A stretch of 64,000 bases of DNA from Vicugna vicugna (taxonomy: Eukaryota): the NCBI GenBank assembly GCA_013265495.1, contig PNXW01004639.1:248001-312000 (forward strand), given 5' to 3'. Each line of letters begins with the position of its first letter. The stretch's first letter is position 1. The position numbers were made by a program, and so were the translations under genes. Of this stretch, positions 13,201 to 25,996 are shown in pieces. The notes under the pieces are model-generated. The model had not been told where the DNA came from. It saw nothing but the letters and a program-made list of their open reading frames with translations, and made no database searches.

Positions 13201-15249
13201 TTCGTGATTGTTGAAAATGGAGAAGAAAGAGAGCGGAGCAGCAGCAGAAGCCCTCTGAGAGACAGGAGTCCACCAGAGCCGCACGCACAAGGAGCTGCCT
13301 GCGGGGAGTCAGTCAAGTACAGGTAGGGAGACACAAGGATGTACTGCTCAGTTTGCTTCTTCCTTACTCTCCACACTCTCCTCTGATCTGTTTGGAGGAT
13401 TTGTTCTGAAAGGTCTGGATTGGCTGTGGGGCCACAGTTCATTGGGTATTTGAACTAATCATCACTGTATAGATACATCCTGGGAGGAGTTACTCATATT
13501 TCACAATATACGGAATATTTTATTTTAATGAAACAACTGGTAACCAATGTAAGGAAGTATTTAATATTAACAGGTTTCTTTCAGAAAAAGGAGACATTGG
13601 TATGAGTTAGAATTTTCCAAGTACTTTTCATACAACAGTTAGGATGCTGGTGAGACATAAAGAAATGTGTTTGGTTAGGTGGTGAGTTTGATAAGGGTTC
13701 TAGGCAAGAGGGACCCCTCAAGCAGAGGCACAGAGATCGGGCTTCCATGGTGCACGTGCAGAGGGCTGGAAGGAAACCCACTTGATTGGATGGAGGCCAT
13801 AATTTGAGGACCGTAAGAAATTATATAGTGGAAGGGCAGACTGATATAAGATGTTGAGCGTGAAATGAGATATTGAGATGAGATCCAATCATTTGAGGAA
13901 CTAGATCTAACCCTACAGGAAATTACTGAAGCGTTTTAGTAGAGTTGTGTCTTATAAAGGTTAGTCTATAAGCAATGTACTGTATAGGTTGAAACAGGAA
14001 AAAATGAGAGCATTTGCAGTAAATTGGTCACGAGGTTGATAATGTGGGTCTAGGCTCGAGCGGCTACTCTGGGAATAAAAATAAAGAGGGTGAGGCGCAC
14101 TACAAGGGAGAAGTCAAGGACACAGGGTGTCTGCTGTGGAGCCAAGAAGTTTGGAAAGAGATAATGCTAAGGAAATAAACAATCCCCAATATCGTGTTTA
14201 ATGCATTGTTTTTCCTCCTTAATTCTCAATATAAATTTTACAGTTGGGGTAAAACTGAAATGAAAAAAAATTGCACTGGATCCTCCTGGGGAACAGAATA
14301 GGACTGAAGAGTCAGTAGTTTTAAGGCATGGATCTGTTGTGATTCTGTGGCTCAAGATCTCACTTGTAAAACTTGATCTATGATTCTGTTTGTTTGTATA
14401 TTGAGTAGCATTTTTTCTGATTTATGTATTAAACCCAAAACACAAGAAACTTTAACAAGTGGGATTTCAAAATGTCATCAGTGCTAGTTCATTAGTTCCA
14501 TCAAATGTTTTTCATTTCAACGAAAAGCAGAAGCAGTGTTCTATTTTGCCTTTGCTGCATTCGTTTAGGACAAAGTCCTTGTTTTCCAGTTTTTTTTCTT
14601 CTAATGTTAGAACACAGCATGTCGTCCCCTCTTTCAGAACATTTCCTGTGATCGCCTTTCTAACAAGGACCTCTATGACTGCTGCTCCTGGAGGCGAGAA
14701 CTGGTTTTAGGTAGAGCCCAGGCTTGAAGAGGAATTATTTTGTTGCCCAAAAGACTGGATTTCCTTAGAAAACAATTTTTTTTCCTCTAAAATACTTTTC
14801 AGTCGCTCATTTATCAGGTACTTACTTCACTGGGTAAGAGGGCTTAATAGCCACCTGCTTGCTGTCTTATCATTTCATGTCAATGTAAGTATAGGCAGGA
14901 AACATAATTATATCCCTAGATCCATTGCTACCATCTTGACCAACAGTAAGGGCAACACTACAAACAGTGCTTCTGTTCTGATCCTCCCAAAATCATGCTC
15001 GAGGGCAGAGCTGCCTTAAAACCTGCTTCTTCTTTCCATTTACTCTTCTAAGCTTAATTGAACAAAGTCTGCATTTAGGTATTGAAAATGCTACATATAA
15101 ACGTGCTATACAGAGAGATTTTGAAACTTGTGGATCTGTTTCACTACCTTTGAACACTGATCTTATTTGGAATGTGATAATAGTTAACACTCATACAGCA
15201 CTCACTGTGTCCCCGGGGCCATTCTAAATAGTTATAAAATGCTGACTCC

Positions 15250-15385
15250 TTTGATCCACACAGGAACCCTATTTTATTATCCCTGTTTTCCAGATGAAGA
15301 AACTGAAGCCCAGAGAGGTGAAATAACTTTTCCAAGCAAAGCGGTAGAAGCAAGATTTTGAAGCCGGCATTTGTTTCCAAGAATC
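15250..15385 (-). mobile_element. MIR SINE
   Basis: TTTTCCAGATGAAGAAACTGAAGCCCAGAGAGGTGAAATAACTT core. Confidence 0.75.
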
Positions 15386-17419
15386 CTGGAGAGGTTTATC
15401 CCAGGGCAGGAACACCAGCACCTCTGAGTAGTAAGGAGACAGCTGCAGGGTGATCCGACTCCAGGTACAGCGTCCTCAACCTGGTCAGAGGCTCTGAGTG
15501 GCCCAGAAGCAAGAAGGCTGACCCTCAGGGGACCACGTGGGTCTGTGACATACACACATTTGAAGCATCCAGAACTGGTGATTCACAGAGCATCCCCATA
15601 GGGTCATCTTGCGGTGTCTCCATGTACCCAGCTTTGACGACCTGGGAATCAAAGGACACTAAGAGTTACTGAGAGGGAATTCGTCACCAGGCAGCCAGAG
15701 TGGGGCTCAGAGACTAATGTAAGTTTGTCTTCAAGTAAACAACGCTCCTTAGCACGCAGGGGTTTGTGGATTCAAACTTACACTCATTTGAGTGGAATCA
15801 ACTTTAGAGCCACATACAACCCTCTTTTCCACCACCTGCTTGTAAAAGATCCCCAAAACTATAAAGCGGAGCAAAAATCACCAATAGTTCCCTAGGAGGC
15901 AGCACACGTGTCATACGTCCACAGTTCCCAGCGTCTCTACATCATCACTGTCCTCAAAGCTAGACTTTGAGGAATCAACCTAACCAGGTTTATTTTTAAA
16001 TTGAAAGTGCCATATGTTAACAACATTAAAAAGCAACCGTGTATCTCCCCAGGGAACTAACTCCCATGACGGTATCTATTTTTATGTATCATCTTTCACT
16101 TGCACAATTTTACATATTTGCAGCCGTATCTTGTAGACGGTCCCATCTCTTTCTCAGAGCCCATCAATGTTAATTCAGCAAAGTATCTTCTAAACTTGAG
16201 AATACCTGAGAAAAACATGATTTGCATGCTCCTCAGTTCTTAGACTGATAACTTTTTGCCCCTTTTTGTCACTGCTGTATGTTTTCTTTCCTGAAATACC
16301 TTGGCTTCTCCAAATAACCTGGGCTTTTGAAATAGCTCAGACTTACTCTGATCAAATAACCAAACCAGCAGATTCCCCTTTGGCATTGTCACGGTTGCTC
16401 CTCCTCTGTTAGTAATTGGATGAAAAGAGGAGCAAGTGAATCAGGCCCCAGTTGGAATCCTCTCTTCACCTGCTTTTAGGAGTTTGTGGGTAAACTGACC
16501 AACCTTATAAAGTTCGCATTAAAATGTGACACAAATACTGATCCTATCGACCTTACAAGGTCGTTGTGAGGATCAGATTATCCACATCTGTGGGAACACT
16601 TGACAATTCAACACAGGACACAAATGTCAAGTGTTGCATAGAACCAAATTACATATCTTAAATGTAGTTGCATTGGTTTTTGCCACCTATCATTTCTAAG
16701 CGGCTAAACTGGATTTAAGAAATGATTGATACATGGAGTGACCTGTTGTGTGTGGGTCCCCGTGTCTGGAAAATGGTGTATCAACTACAGAGCATCTTGC
16801 AAGAGGCCATATTACAATTTACAGCTTAGCACCGTCAGTTAAAGGGAACGCTTTAAATCCAACTGGGTGAGCTGTCTTTCTACTCAGCCTTAGAAAAAGG
16901 TACTGAACTGTCATTGAGAAAAAGCTGTTAGTATAAACTTCACAGATGTTTACTCCATTATCTTTTTTGTCATTTATGCAGAAGTCATGTTTCACTCACA
17001 GACAAGCACAGGACTGACCACAGAGCAACAGGAGTTACGAAGAGCAAGCTTTGTGGGCCTGTTTTCTCTTCTCTTTGGAATTATCGTTTCCTTCCGTCGT
17101 TACTCTGCGTGGACCTGACTGGCTTTAGAATGGCCTCTTCTTAATCAAAATTTTTATTTTGAACATAAAAGTCAATTGAGCAGGTCTCTTATCTTAAAAT
17201 TACTTGATGGAATCACTTAGAATTTATTTTACCTCTAAGGGAATGAATTGGTTTAGCAGGGGTTTTTTTTTTCAGTTTTACTAGAAAATTTATCATAAAC
17301 TTATGTGAGAGATATTTGGCTCACATTAAGTCAAAGGATTATATGCCAACTATATTTCAATAAAATTTTTTAAAATATTTTCTTTCATGAAATCAGAGGG
17401 GGAAAGTGCCCTTAGAGAC

Positions 17420-17917
17420 TGTGGTGGTTAAAAATGAAAGGCCACAAGTCATTTGTCACTTCTGACATAGAAAGGAGCTTGGGACGGCTCTAACGAACAG
17501 TGTCATGGAAGAGGGGCCATGGTTTCCCAGGCCACATCGTAAACGGTCGTGCCTTCTGCCGCATTCTTTGAGATGCCTTCTTCGAGGGAAGTCGGACGTC
17601 ATGGAAGAGGTCCTGTTGCACGGAGACAACACATATTGGAGAGGCATCTTTGAGGAGATCCAGAGAGACAGCCCCAGCTCAGCTCCCAGCCAATGGCCAG
17701 TCTCCGGTGCAGACACGTGAGTGACCCTCGGGGACACTTGCCCCAGGGGACTGCAGCCCCAGCTGACATGTGAACCACGCCGGCCTCAGAGTCCCTCAGT
17801 CACACCTGCCCAGCCCAGCCCTTCCCTAACCCCTGACCCACAAAGTCATGAGCAAAATAAAATAAAACACCTCCAGGTTTGGGGATCATTTTCCACTCAG
17901 CCATGTTAACTAGAACA
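17420..17917 (+). mobile_element. MaLR LTR (MLT1G/H-like)
   Basis: TGTGGTGGTT start; CCTGACCCACAAA.TCATGAGCAAAATAAAAT; ...TAACTAGAACA end. Confidence 0.75.
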
Positions 17918-20296
17918 ATAGCACCCAAATTAATTTATGTGACTCTTGGGTAGTTGGTAAGGCTAATGTACAATTTCAAACAACCCAAGTTCCTCCTGTT
18001 GGTTTTATCATTCATTATGCAAGTGTCACTTTAATGCCTTGGTTCCTTTGTCTATAAAATGAGAGTATCTCTTAGAGTTATTATAAAGTTCAAATGAGAA
18101 TACATGTAAAAGTCATTTCAGAAGGGAGCATGTGTAAAGCATTTTCTTCATATACTAGACTTAACCAATAAGTAAAAATTATAATGCCAATAACTTATAA
18201 TATAGATGTTCTATTAGTTTTCCCTACAAATCAAATTTTCAAAGAGATATTTAAGATATTTTCTTATTTTCCATAATAATTTTCGTTGTTGGACTGAAGG
18301 AGTAAAGGAAGACGAAGTCCATAAAAGCACATGCCCATTTAGGGTTTAATTTTCGTTTCCCTTCTTATTGTGATGCTCCTCAGCATGATGTATTATGGGC
18401 TTTAGGGGTGACTTGTCCTCATCATAACAATTTCCTTCAGGATTATTAGGGCCCGTTGTGGGATGCTTATGACCGTCTGAAAGTCATTTATCATTCAGAA
18501 TTTATGATAAAACCACTGTCAGGCAGCTTCTCGACACTGTCATATTTGCACTTCTGGAAGACAACGTAGTGAAAGAACGTGGGGGGAGTGACCTTGATGC
18601 TGTCACGTTGTGCTGTTGTGATAAATTATCATCAAGGCTAGAACTCCTTAACATCAGTCCTGTCAAGAATCAACTGCTACGATGTCTGAAAAGCTGCACT
18701 CCCACGTTTTATTTCTGACGATTTTTGCCTCCGAGCGTAAGTGAGCTGTTTCTGGCGAGCATGGTTGTGGATGGGCATCGGAGTGTACTTTCAAATCACT
18801 GACATTTACTAAGTAAGGCCTTTCGAGAGGTGAAGGCTGCCTGCTTCAGACTGTATTTCTGGGACTTCTCCATGTATTTAGCTAGACTTCCTTTGCTGCA
18901 CCAAGAGGAGACTTGCTGTACAGAGAAACTGAGCTGCCCCCTGAATGAGCCTCAGGGGTCTGAAAGGCTGCTTTGAATGGAATGTTGTGCTTCTCTGTCT
19001 CAACAGGTGACAGGTATTTACCATTTTCTAGAGTCACAGGTTACACAGGACCAAGCAGAGATGCCCTGATCTTCCATCATTCCAGTGATACCACCTAGCT
19101 TACACTCACGTACGTGCTGACGGTGCAGTGAGTCTGTACCGCAGATGACGGTGAGCAGCCTCCTCTTTCTGAAAACAATAAAGAAAATAACAAAGTCATC
19201 CTTTAGAGCATATGTAAGTAGTCAAGAGTAGCGTGTTGGCTGTCACCTAAGATACAGCTCTGCTATTTGAAAGCGGGAACAAAATAGCACAAAGTACTTT
19301 TGAATTACAGACAAGAAGAAAATACTTGTTCCTTGTTCCTGCCAAGACAAACATTTAGAATAAACTTTTGCTAAAGAAAACTTTCTACATAGCCCAAACC
19401 ACGTTTTTGTCTTTTTCAGATTCACATTGAGAGTGCCAAGAGAGTTTGAAAGGAACCATAATTAGTACTGGAAGACCGAAAGGGAAGATGATGATCTTAA
19501 CAGGAGAAATATGCCTGAGTATGAGTGGTAACTGGATGGCTTTTTTTTTTCAATTCAAAAAATGCCTAGGGCATATGCTGCATTATATTTACTGCAACAT
19601 TTGCATGGAAGTTGCCAGAACTCACAGAAATGCTTTTAGTAGTACATCATTTTGAAACTCTGTATGTATAGAGATGATTGTGATCATTATGGGCCAATTT
19701 TGGTAACTACTATTCATTGAAAAGTATCAAACCCCGTGTTTTCCACGCCTGGCTCGACCCAACATTCAGATCTGGTTTCTAAGTCACCACCTCCGAGAGA
19801 ATCTTTCTGATCAACCAGCCTAAATCTGCATCCACACCCTACCATCAGTCTGAGAAGATCTCATTGCTGTGTTTGTTTATTGATAACGTCTCCGTCCCCA
19901 CCCTCCACCCCTACCTACAGAGATTACTGGGGAGGAAGCTTGTCTGTTTCTTCATAGCTCTGCCTCCTGGGCATGGAACAGTGTCTGAGACAGAAAATCC
20001 AAGAAGTAATCAAAGAGTAAATGGGTCCATTGTTATACTGTTTTGAGGCCCCAGCTGGGTGCTGTGCTTTCAGATTTCTTGCCACCCACAGGGTTCTTGG
20101 TCGTTGTGACTGTTCCCAGCAGTGCACTGGCAAAATTAAGTTTTCTTGAAACTCATGGATCACAAGTAAAATCATGACTTGGCTAAAGAGGAAGGAGGCC
20201 CCTTCATATTTCCATTCAGAGTTACAGTGGTTTCCTCTTTCTTGTGATATTGCTTCTCTTGAGTCGATACTTGGTGTTAATTCTTTTCCTGAGGAA

Positions 20297-20320
20297 AGAG
20301 AGAGAGAGAGAGAGAGAGAG
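20297..20320. repeat. (AG)12 microsatellite
   Basis: Read directly from the sequence. Confidence 0.95.
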
Positions 20321-22167
20321 GCATTCCTGGCCACTCTTGGATACCTGAGCAGTTCACCCAGTTCCTAAACCATCTTCCTCTCAGCCTCCCCTTCCACTGC
20401 ATCACACAGCCTCCAGCAACTTGTGTGTGATGTCTGCTGACGACCTTGTTACACAAATGGACGCACATGCTGTGTGTGTAACATGTGTTATCTGTATTTT
20501 GGTCTCATAAATACATAGAAAGTAATGATCAGGGCACAGAGAGAACACAGAACTATGGAATCTCACTCTTTAAAAGCAAATAGTAATTTTATAAGGGCAA
20601 TTCCAGAAAAACAAACCAAACTTCTCTATTTAGTGATTGGACTAGGACCCATGGAATCTGAGTTATATCAAATTTTGGATTATTTGAGCCACATCAAGTT
20701 TTAAATTAGTCAAGCTTTCTGAACTGGGGCAGAATTCTAGTAAATGTTCCAGGGAAAAATACACACACATCCCTCTCATCATCAGCTCCAGAAGAATTCT
20801 GTATTTTCGTTTCTGGTATCATTTCTAACACAGATCATACTCCCATTCACGCAACTCCCTCACCTGTTCCTGAATTTCTGCTCTTTTCAAATTTTCTGCA
20901 GAAGTAGATCTCCTCAAGGAAAAATCAGGGCACTAGCAAGTGCTGTTAAGCACAGGAGGTGACCAAGGACGGAGCCACACATTTGCAAGTGGCAGGGTGT
21001 GATTCTCCCCGTAGGTAACGGTCTGTTACCTTCTGTGTCCCTAGGGTTCTCCTAATTCCTCTTGCAGATCCAGCCCGGTTACTCAGAGCCTGAGGTGTGC
21101 TGTGAAGGACAGAGAAGGGTGTATTTAGGGGGAAATGTCAGCTACAGGAAAGGCTACTTGGCGTTGGTAAGTCTTCATTGCTCTGCGAGCTTCAATTCTT
21201 TTCCCTATTTATCCATGTTGCAGTTTTTCTCAGGTCTGTTCCTGTTAAAAGAAGAACCACAGTTTTCTTACTCTGTTTTCCTTTTCCTTCTTATCCAGTT
21301 TCATCTCCCATTTCTGTTCACTAAACGTGAAGCAACAACATTACCGTATGGTCTTTTGGCTCCAGTAAAGGCTGTGTTGATTGCTCATTAGTTTGAAAAG
21401 ACTGGGTTGCAAATAAGGGAGACCTCTTGACAATGATTAGGGCAGTTTTCTGTGTCTGGCAATGCTGACGTGTTGAGCTGAAGAAAACTGAGGACCAGAG
21501 GTAATTGTTTCTGACCAAGTACTAAGAGGAAGTCAAGACAGGGACTCTCAACTGAGAGTGTTGCGTTTTTCATGGAAATGCCAGTAATCAGCTAAATGAG
21601 AGTTAGGACCTAAGGCTATTTATGTGTGCAGGAATTCTGCCACTAAAGGAAAAAATATACTCAACATGTTGCTGAAAATGATTCAGAAGTTTCTGTTTTT
21701 GATGGGAAAAGATGAATAAGTCTAAAATCAGCAACCCTGTCTGGTAGAAGCTATGACCCACTATAGCAGTTCAGACACATTTACTGTCTTTAGTTTCCAT
21801 TCTGTGAAGAATTGAAAGAGCCCAGCTTAAACCACAAAGCCTCGTTTAATGGTTTTATATCACAATACCCTGATATTACACACAGACACAGCGATATAAT
21901 CTACAAGGCAAAAACTCACATTTAACACCCAGCCGTCACTTTCTGCCGAGTCCGTATGAATAGCCACCAAGTTCCCTTTTTAATCTTACCTCTGTGAGCA
22001 GTTCCTTCATCTTACGAAGTTTTGAGTGATGCATCCTGGCCTCAGAAATATGGATAGCTTTTCATAGTTTAAGTATAATTCAGATTCCCTCAGTGTGGTA
22101 AAAAGATAAAGGTGATACAGCAGGAAAGACAGGAAAAGTTGTACATTTGAAAAGCAGTAATAAGCTT

Positions 22168-22328
22168 GTAACACAGGGAAGTGCATTCAGTATCTTGTAA
22201 CAACCTATGATGGAAAAGAATCTGAAAAGAATATGTGTATTCATATATGTAACTGAATGACTTTGCCATACACCTAAAACTAACACACCATTGTGAAATC
22301 AACTATACTTCAATTGAAATAATAATAA
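22168..22328 (+). mobile_element. 5'-truncated L1 3' end (cetartiodactyl type)
   Basis: ACAGGGAA...TATCTTGTAACAACCTATGATGGAAAAGAATCTGAAAA...AACTATACTTCAAT plus A-rich tail; homologous to the copies at 39.4 and 43.1 kb. Confidence 0.8.
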
Positions 22329-24207
22329 CACATCCGAAACTAGTAAATGTTACATTATATGTTAATTATAAGAAAATAATAAGGAGAAGCTATTACGAAA
22401 CAAATGCAGAACTAAAAGAAAACAGAAGTCAGCTTTACGAGATGACCAGAAACTTCCTTGTATCGAAAGGTTTTGAATGAATCACAGGTACCTAGGCCTT
22501 CTTTCACTAATTCACAACACTAAAAAATATAAAGGTGAGGACATACATTTTCACTAGATTTATCCAATCACTGTCTCAAATCAATCTCCCTGCGGCAGTG
22601 AGAACCTGGTCCTTCTGGGATATGATCTACTGTCTGACAATAAGAAAAAATGGTGGAGGATTCAAGGGCCATGAAGAAGACCTTCCAATATAACTCTCAA
22701 ATGTAGAATCAAATCAAGGAGAACATTTTGTTGACTTTCTCCATTTATGTCTTTTCTAAAAACAAAAGTTGACTTTTGCATGATCATCTCAGCAAATTTG
22801 GCAGAAAAAAAAATCCAATTCAATTATTTCAAAGGAATTCTACCTGTCTTAAAAAAAAAGGAAGTTCTTGGAGACCCATCAATGACAAGAAATATTTTTC
22901 AAGCCCTCCCTCAAACACTGTCACATTTACCAGGTGACATTTTCTTCTACTTCACATAACTTACCTGACACAGTAGCATATCAGCAATATACTACAGGGA
23001 AGATAATTGGAATCAAGAAAGCTAATCCACCTTTCTGCTTCAACTGTCAGAGGGGGAGGAAAAAAATGAAGTCACAGCAAATACTTTTAAAAGCACAACA
23101 GTGGAATGTCAATTTCCTGACTCAGCAACCGAAACAAAAACGGCAAATCTATTCACAAAGCCGTAGAACTTGCCACATCTGGTATTCGGTGGCATAATGT
23201 GCTTTCATGGCTAACTTGAATGGCAGTTGTAGGAAAGACAGATGTGATAAACCCCTCGCCCCACCCTCCAAGTAAGGCTGTGACGCACTGCATGTATGTA
23301 CACTGGCCAATAAATTCCGCCGAGTTAAAGCATAAATCTAGTACTTTGGTCTAATAGAGCAGAAGTTTCAGGAAAGTGATTTCCAGTGTAAGAAAGGACG
23401 GTGATTTCCAAATCTTGTAGAAACCAATGTCACTTGGCCACAAAGTTCATCAGGGAGCAAAACGGACCCAGGCAAGATCTTAACACCATGGTATTCACGC
23501 ACTCCCCGCCCATCCCTCATGCGGTAAGCAAAGATTCCCGCACGTTAGACCAAAACAAACACGCTGATTTCAGAAACTTCTCTGCGAGGAAGACAAAAAA
23601 AAAATCTGACTTGATGACTGTTTTATTCCTATTTATGTCATATCAAGAAGTAAATCTTTGAAGGTATAATTATTTTGCCAAGGACAATTCCCAGATGTTT
23701 TTTCTTCCTCCATCTGTCTGTCTCTCTGGAAAGGAATTCCCTGACTTAGGGACATCTACCCGCCTTACCAAGGGACATGCTGTTTCAAAAGTTGGAGGGC
23801 ATTCTCTCATGGGAGAGAAAATATCTAACTACCCCCTGGGCTAGCAGCCCCTGGATGAAGAAGTTCCTTTCCTGGAAGGTGGCGGAAGGTGGCAGTGGGG
23901 CAAGACCAACAGCCAGCTGCCAGGCAGCGGGGACCCCTCACTTTCCCTCCATCCCACCACGGCCGCTTCCGACCTGTGCAGACACCCGAGCGCGAATTAC
24001 TGCGGACTGCTCCACCGCCTGTCACATCTTACTACTTCATTGTCATGTACCGATAGCAACAGAAACCACTTTTCGGTCACTAATAAATATGTTTATTGTG
24101 AAAATTTTAAGGTAATTAATTCTGCCTCTAACTTCAAGCTTAAGAGAGCAAGATCCGTGTGCCTACAGACACTACCACCTCTGCCCTTTAAACTTAAAAC
24201 CTCCCTA

Positions 24208-24350
24208 GGGGAAGGGTTCAGCTCAGCGGTAGAGCGCGTGCTTGGCATGCATAAGGTCCCAGGTTCAATCCCCAGTCCCTCCATTAAAAACAAACAAGCA
24301 AACCTAATCAAGTCCCCCACAAGCAAAAAAATAGTAATAATTTAAAAAAT
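24208..24350 (+). mobile_element. tRNA-derived SINE (Vic-1-like)
   Basis: GGGGAAGGGTTCAGCTCAGCGGTAGAGCG...GGTTCAATCCCCAG plus the same AAACCTAAT...CCCCC-A-rich tail as the 4.5-kb copy. Confidence 0.9.
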
Positions 24351-25436
24351 CATCCTTATTGACCTCCTTAGCTACTGTAGAATCCTATACTCCTGCAAAA
24401 TTCCCTTATGACCAGGTCCAACATTGTTCCATGTTAAGAGTTTTATTGCTTCTTTTTTTCTTTTATATGAAAATATCTATTGATTTCCTCCTACATTTAA
24501 ACATTACACTTGAAACAGGGGAGTCAATACCTAACACAGAAATAATCTTCTGTCTTATCATCCAGTGTCAGATCTGAGCCCTAACCTTTTGGGCTCTGGA
24601 AATGTGATTTCTTCCCTAAGATACCAGCCATGGATGCTCTCGGCCGGCTCTCACTTCTGTAAGTAGTTCCTTCATTAACGCCTCTCCACTGCACTAACAT
24701 AGGGTTAAATGCAGTATCTTCCTGGGATCCGGACTAATACGGCCTTCAAAGTAAAAATATAACAAAATTTATATCTCTTTTAAAAGTTGTGTGTCAAAAT
24801 TCTGAATGCCTTCTAAGCTTTAGAGCTGTCTCCAGGTCCCCAACCTCTCCGCATTGTCAAGGCTTCAGTCCTACCTAAAGATGTGAATTCCATCCTCCCT
24901 TACTTCCCCAGAATTTATTGCTTTTCTACCCTGCATTTCTCACTTTGCCCTTTCTACTAGATCTTCCTCGTTGGCTTTGAACGTGCCCAGGTCCTTCCCA
25001 TCTGAGGAGAGAGGAGCCGACCCCGGGCCCTCCCCTCTCCCCTCCAGATATTGCTGCCCTCTCTCTACAGGCACCTTTATTAAACGACTGACGTTTATTT
25101 TTCTTCATCTTCATCTTCCTCTTCCCTGTCCTGTGGTCGTCTTTCGCTCAGTCCATCTGGCTTCTGCTCCAAGTGCCTCCCAGTATCTGTCTCCATAGAA
25201 GTCAGGGGTGATTTCTGTGACCCTGAATTCAGTGGATAGAACTGCTCTCCCAACACTCTTGTTGAAACAGTCGGCTTTCCTTTGGACGAGTGTAAGGAGA
25301 AAAACAAAGTAAGAGGCTTCATTGTCCCTGTTGAAACTAAGCGTTTCCTCCCTCCTTTTTCTCAGAGCATTTACTTTAGAAAACGTGTAAGCGCTTCCTC
25401 CTTCCTTTGACATGTATACACATCTTTTTGAACACT

Positions 25437-25945
25437 CGACAGACCTTCGGTCAGTTTAATGGCCCGGAAGTGTCTTCAGGAAGGACCTGGCAACCATCTC
25501 TTGGAAATGGAGCGGCGAGCGACACAGCACCCCGTCTGCCGGGCCGTGTGGGACGGAGGGAGCCCCGCGTTCGTGGGCGTCTTGCTCTAAGGTGAAAACC
25601 ACCTCCTGCCAAAAAGGTGTAAGAAGTTTGTTTTTCCTCTGGATAAAGCCAGTTTGCTAGCACAAACGGCCACCGCCATGACAAAGGTGAGTTCGGGATG
25701 AGCTCTGTGTGACCAAGGGTGAGGTCTGCCTGTTCATCTTGAGAGCACGCGTGTGACGTGTTGTCTCCGCCTGGCTGTTGGCGGAAGGGCTGGTCTCCTG
25801 CACGGTCTCGCAGCCTCCGCTCACCACCAGGGGGCGGCCCTGGGCCTGGAGCACCTCCTTCCCGAGAGACCAGGAGCGCACGCGCCCCTGGTGGGCTTCT
25901 CTCCTTGTGTGGAAATACTTCCCTTGTTTCAGGTTCGGTAAGTGC
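25437..25945. promoter_or_regulatory. Small orphan CpG-island-like element with CTCF-like and ETS motifs
   Basis: About 30 CpGs in about 500 bp (hand count) against a CpG-poor background. CCGGAAGT at about 25464; CCACCAGGGGGCGG at 25824-25837. Confidence 0.6.
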
Positions 25946-25970
25946 TCTTTTGTCTTTACTTGAACCACTT

Positions 25971-25996
25971 GTGTGTGTGTGTGTGTGTGTGTGTGT
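25971..25996. repeat. (GT)13 microsatellite
   Basis: Read directly from the sequence. Confidence 0.95.

Noticed and set aside
2690..18800. Faint plus-strand resemblances to AGA exon 3 (about 2730, HLVLGDSA), exon 4 (about 11765) and exon 6 (about 18759, GCATGGTTGT)
   Set aside because: Matches of 10 nt or less, needing gaps and lacking proper splice sites; many are expected by chance at this search size.
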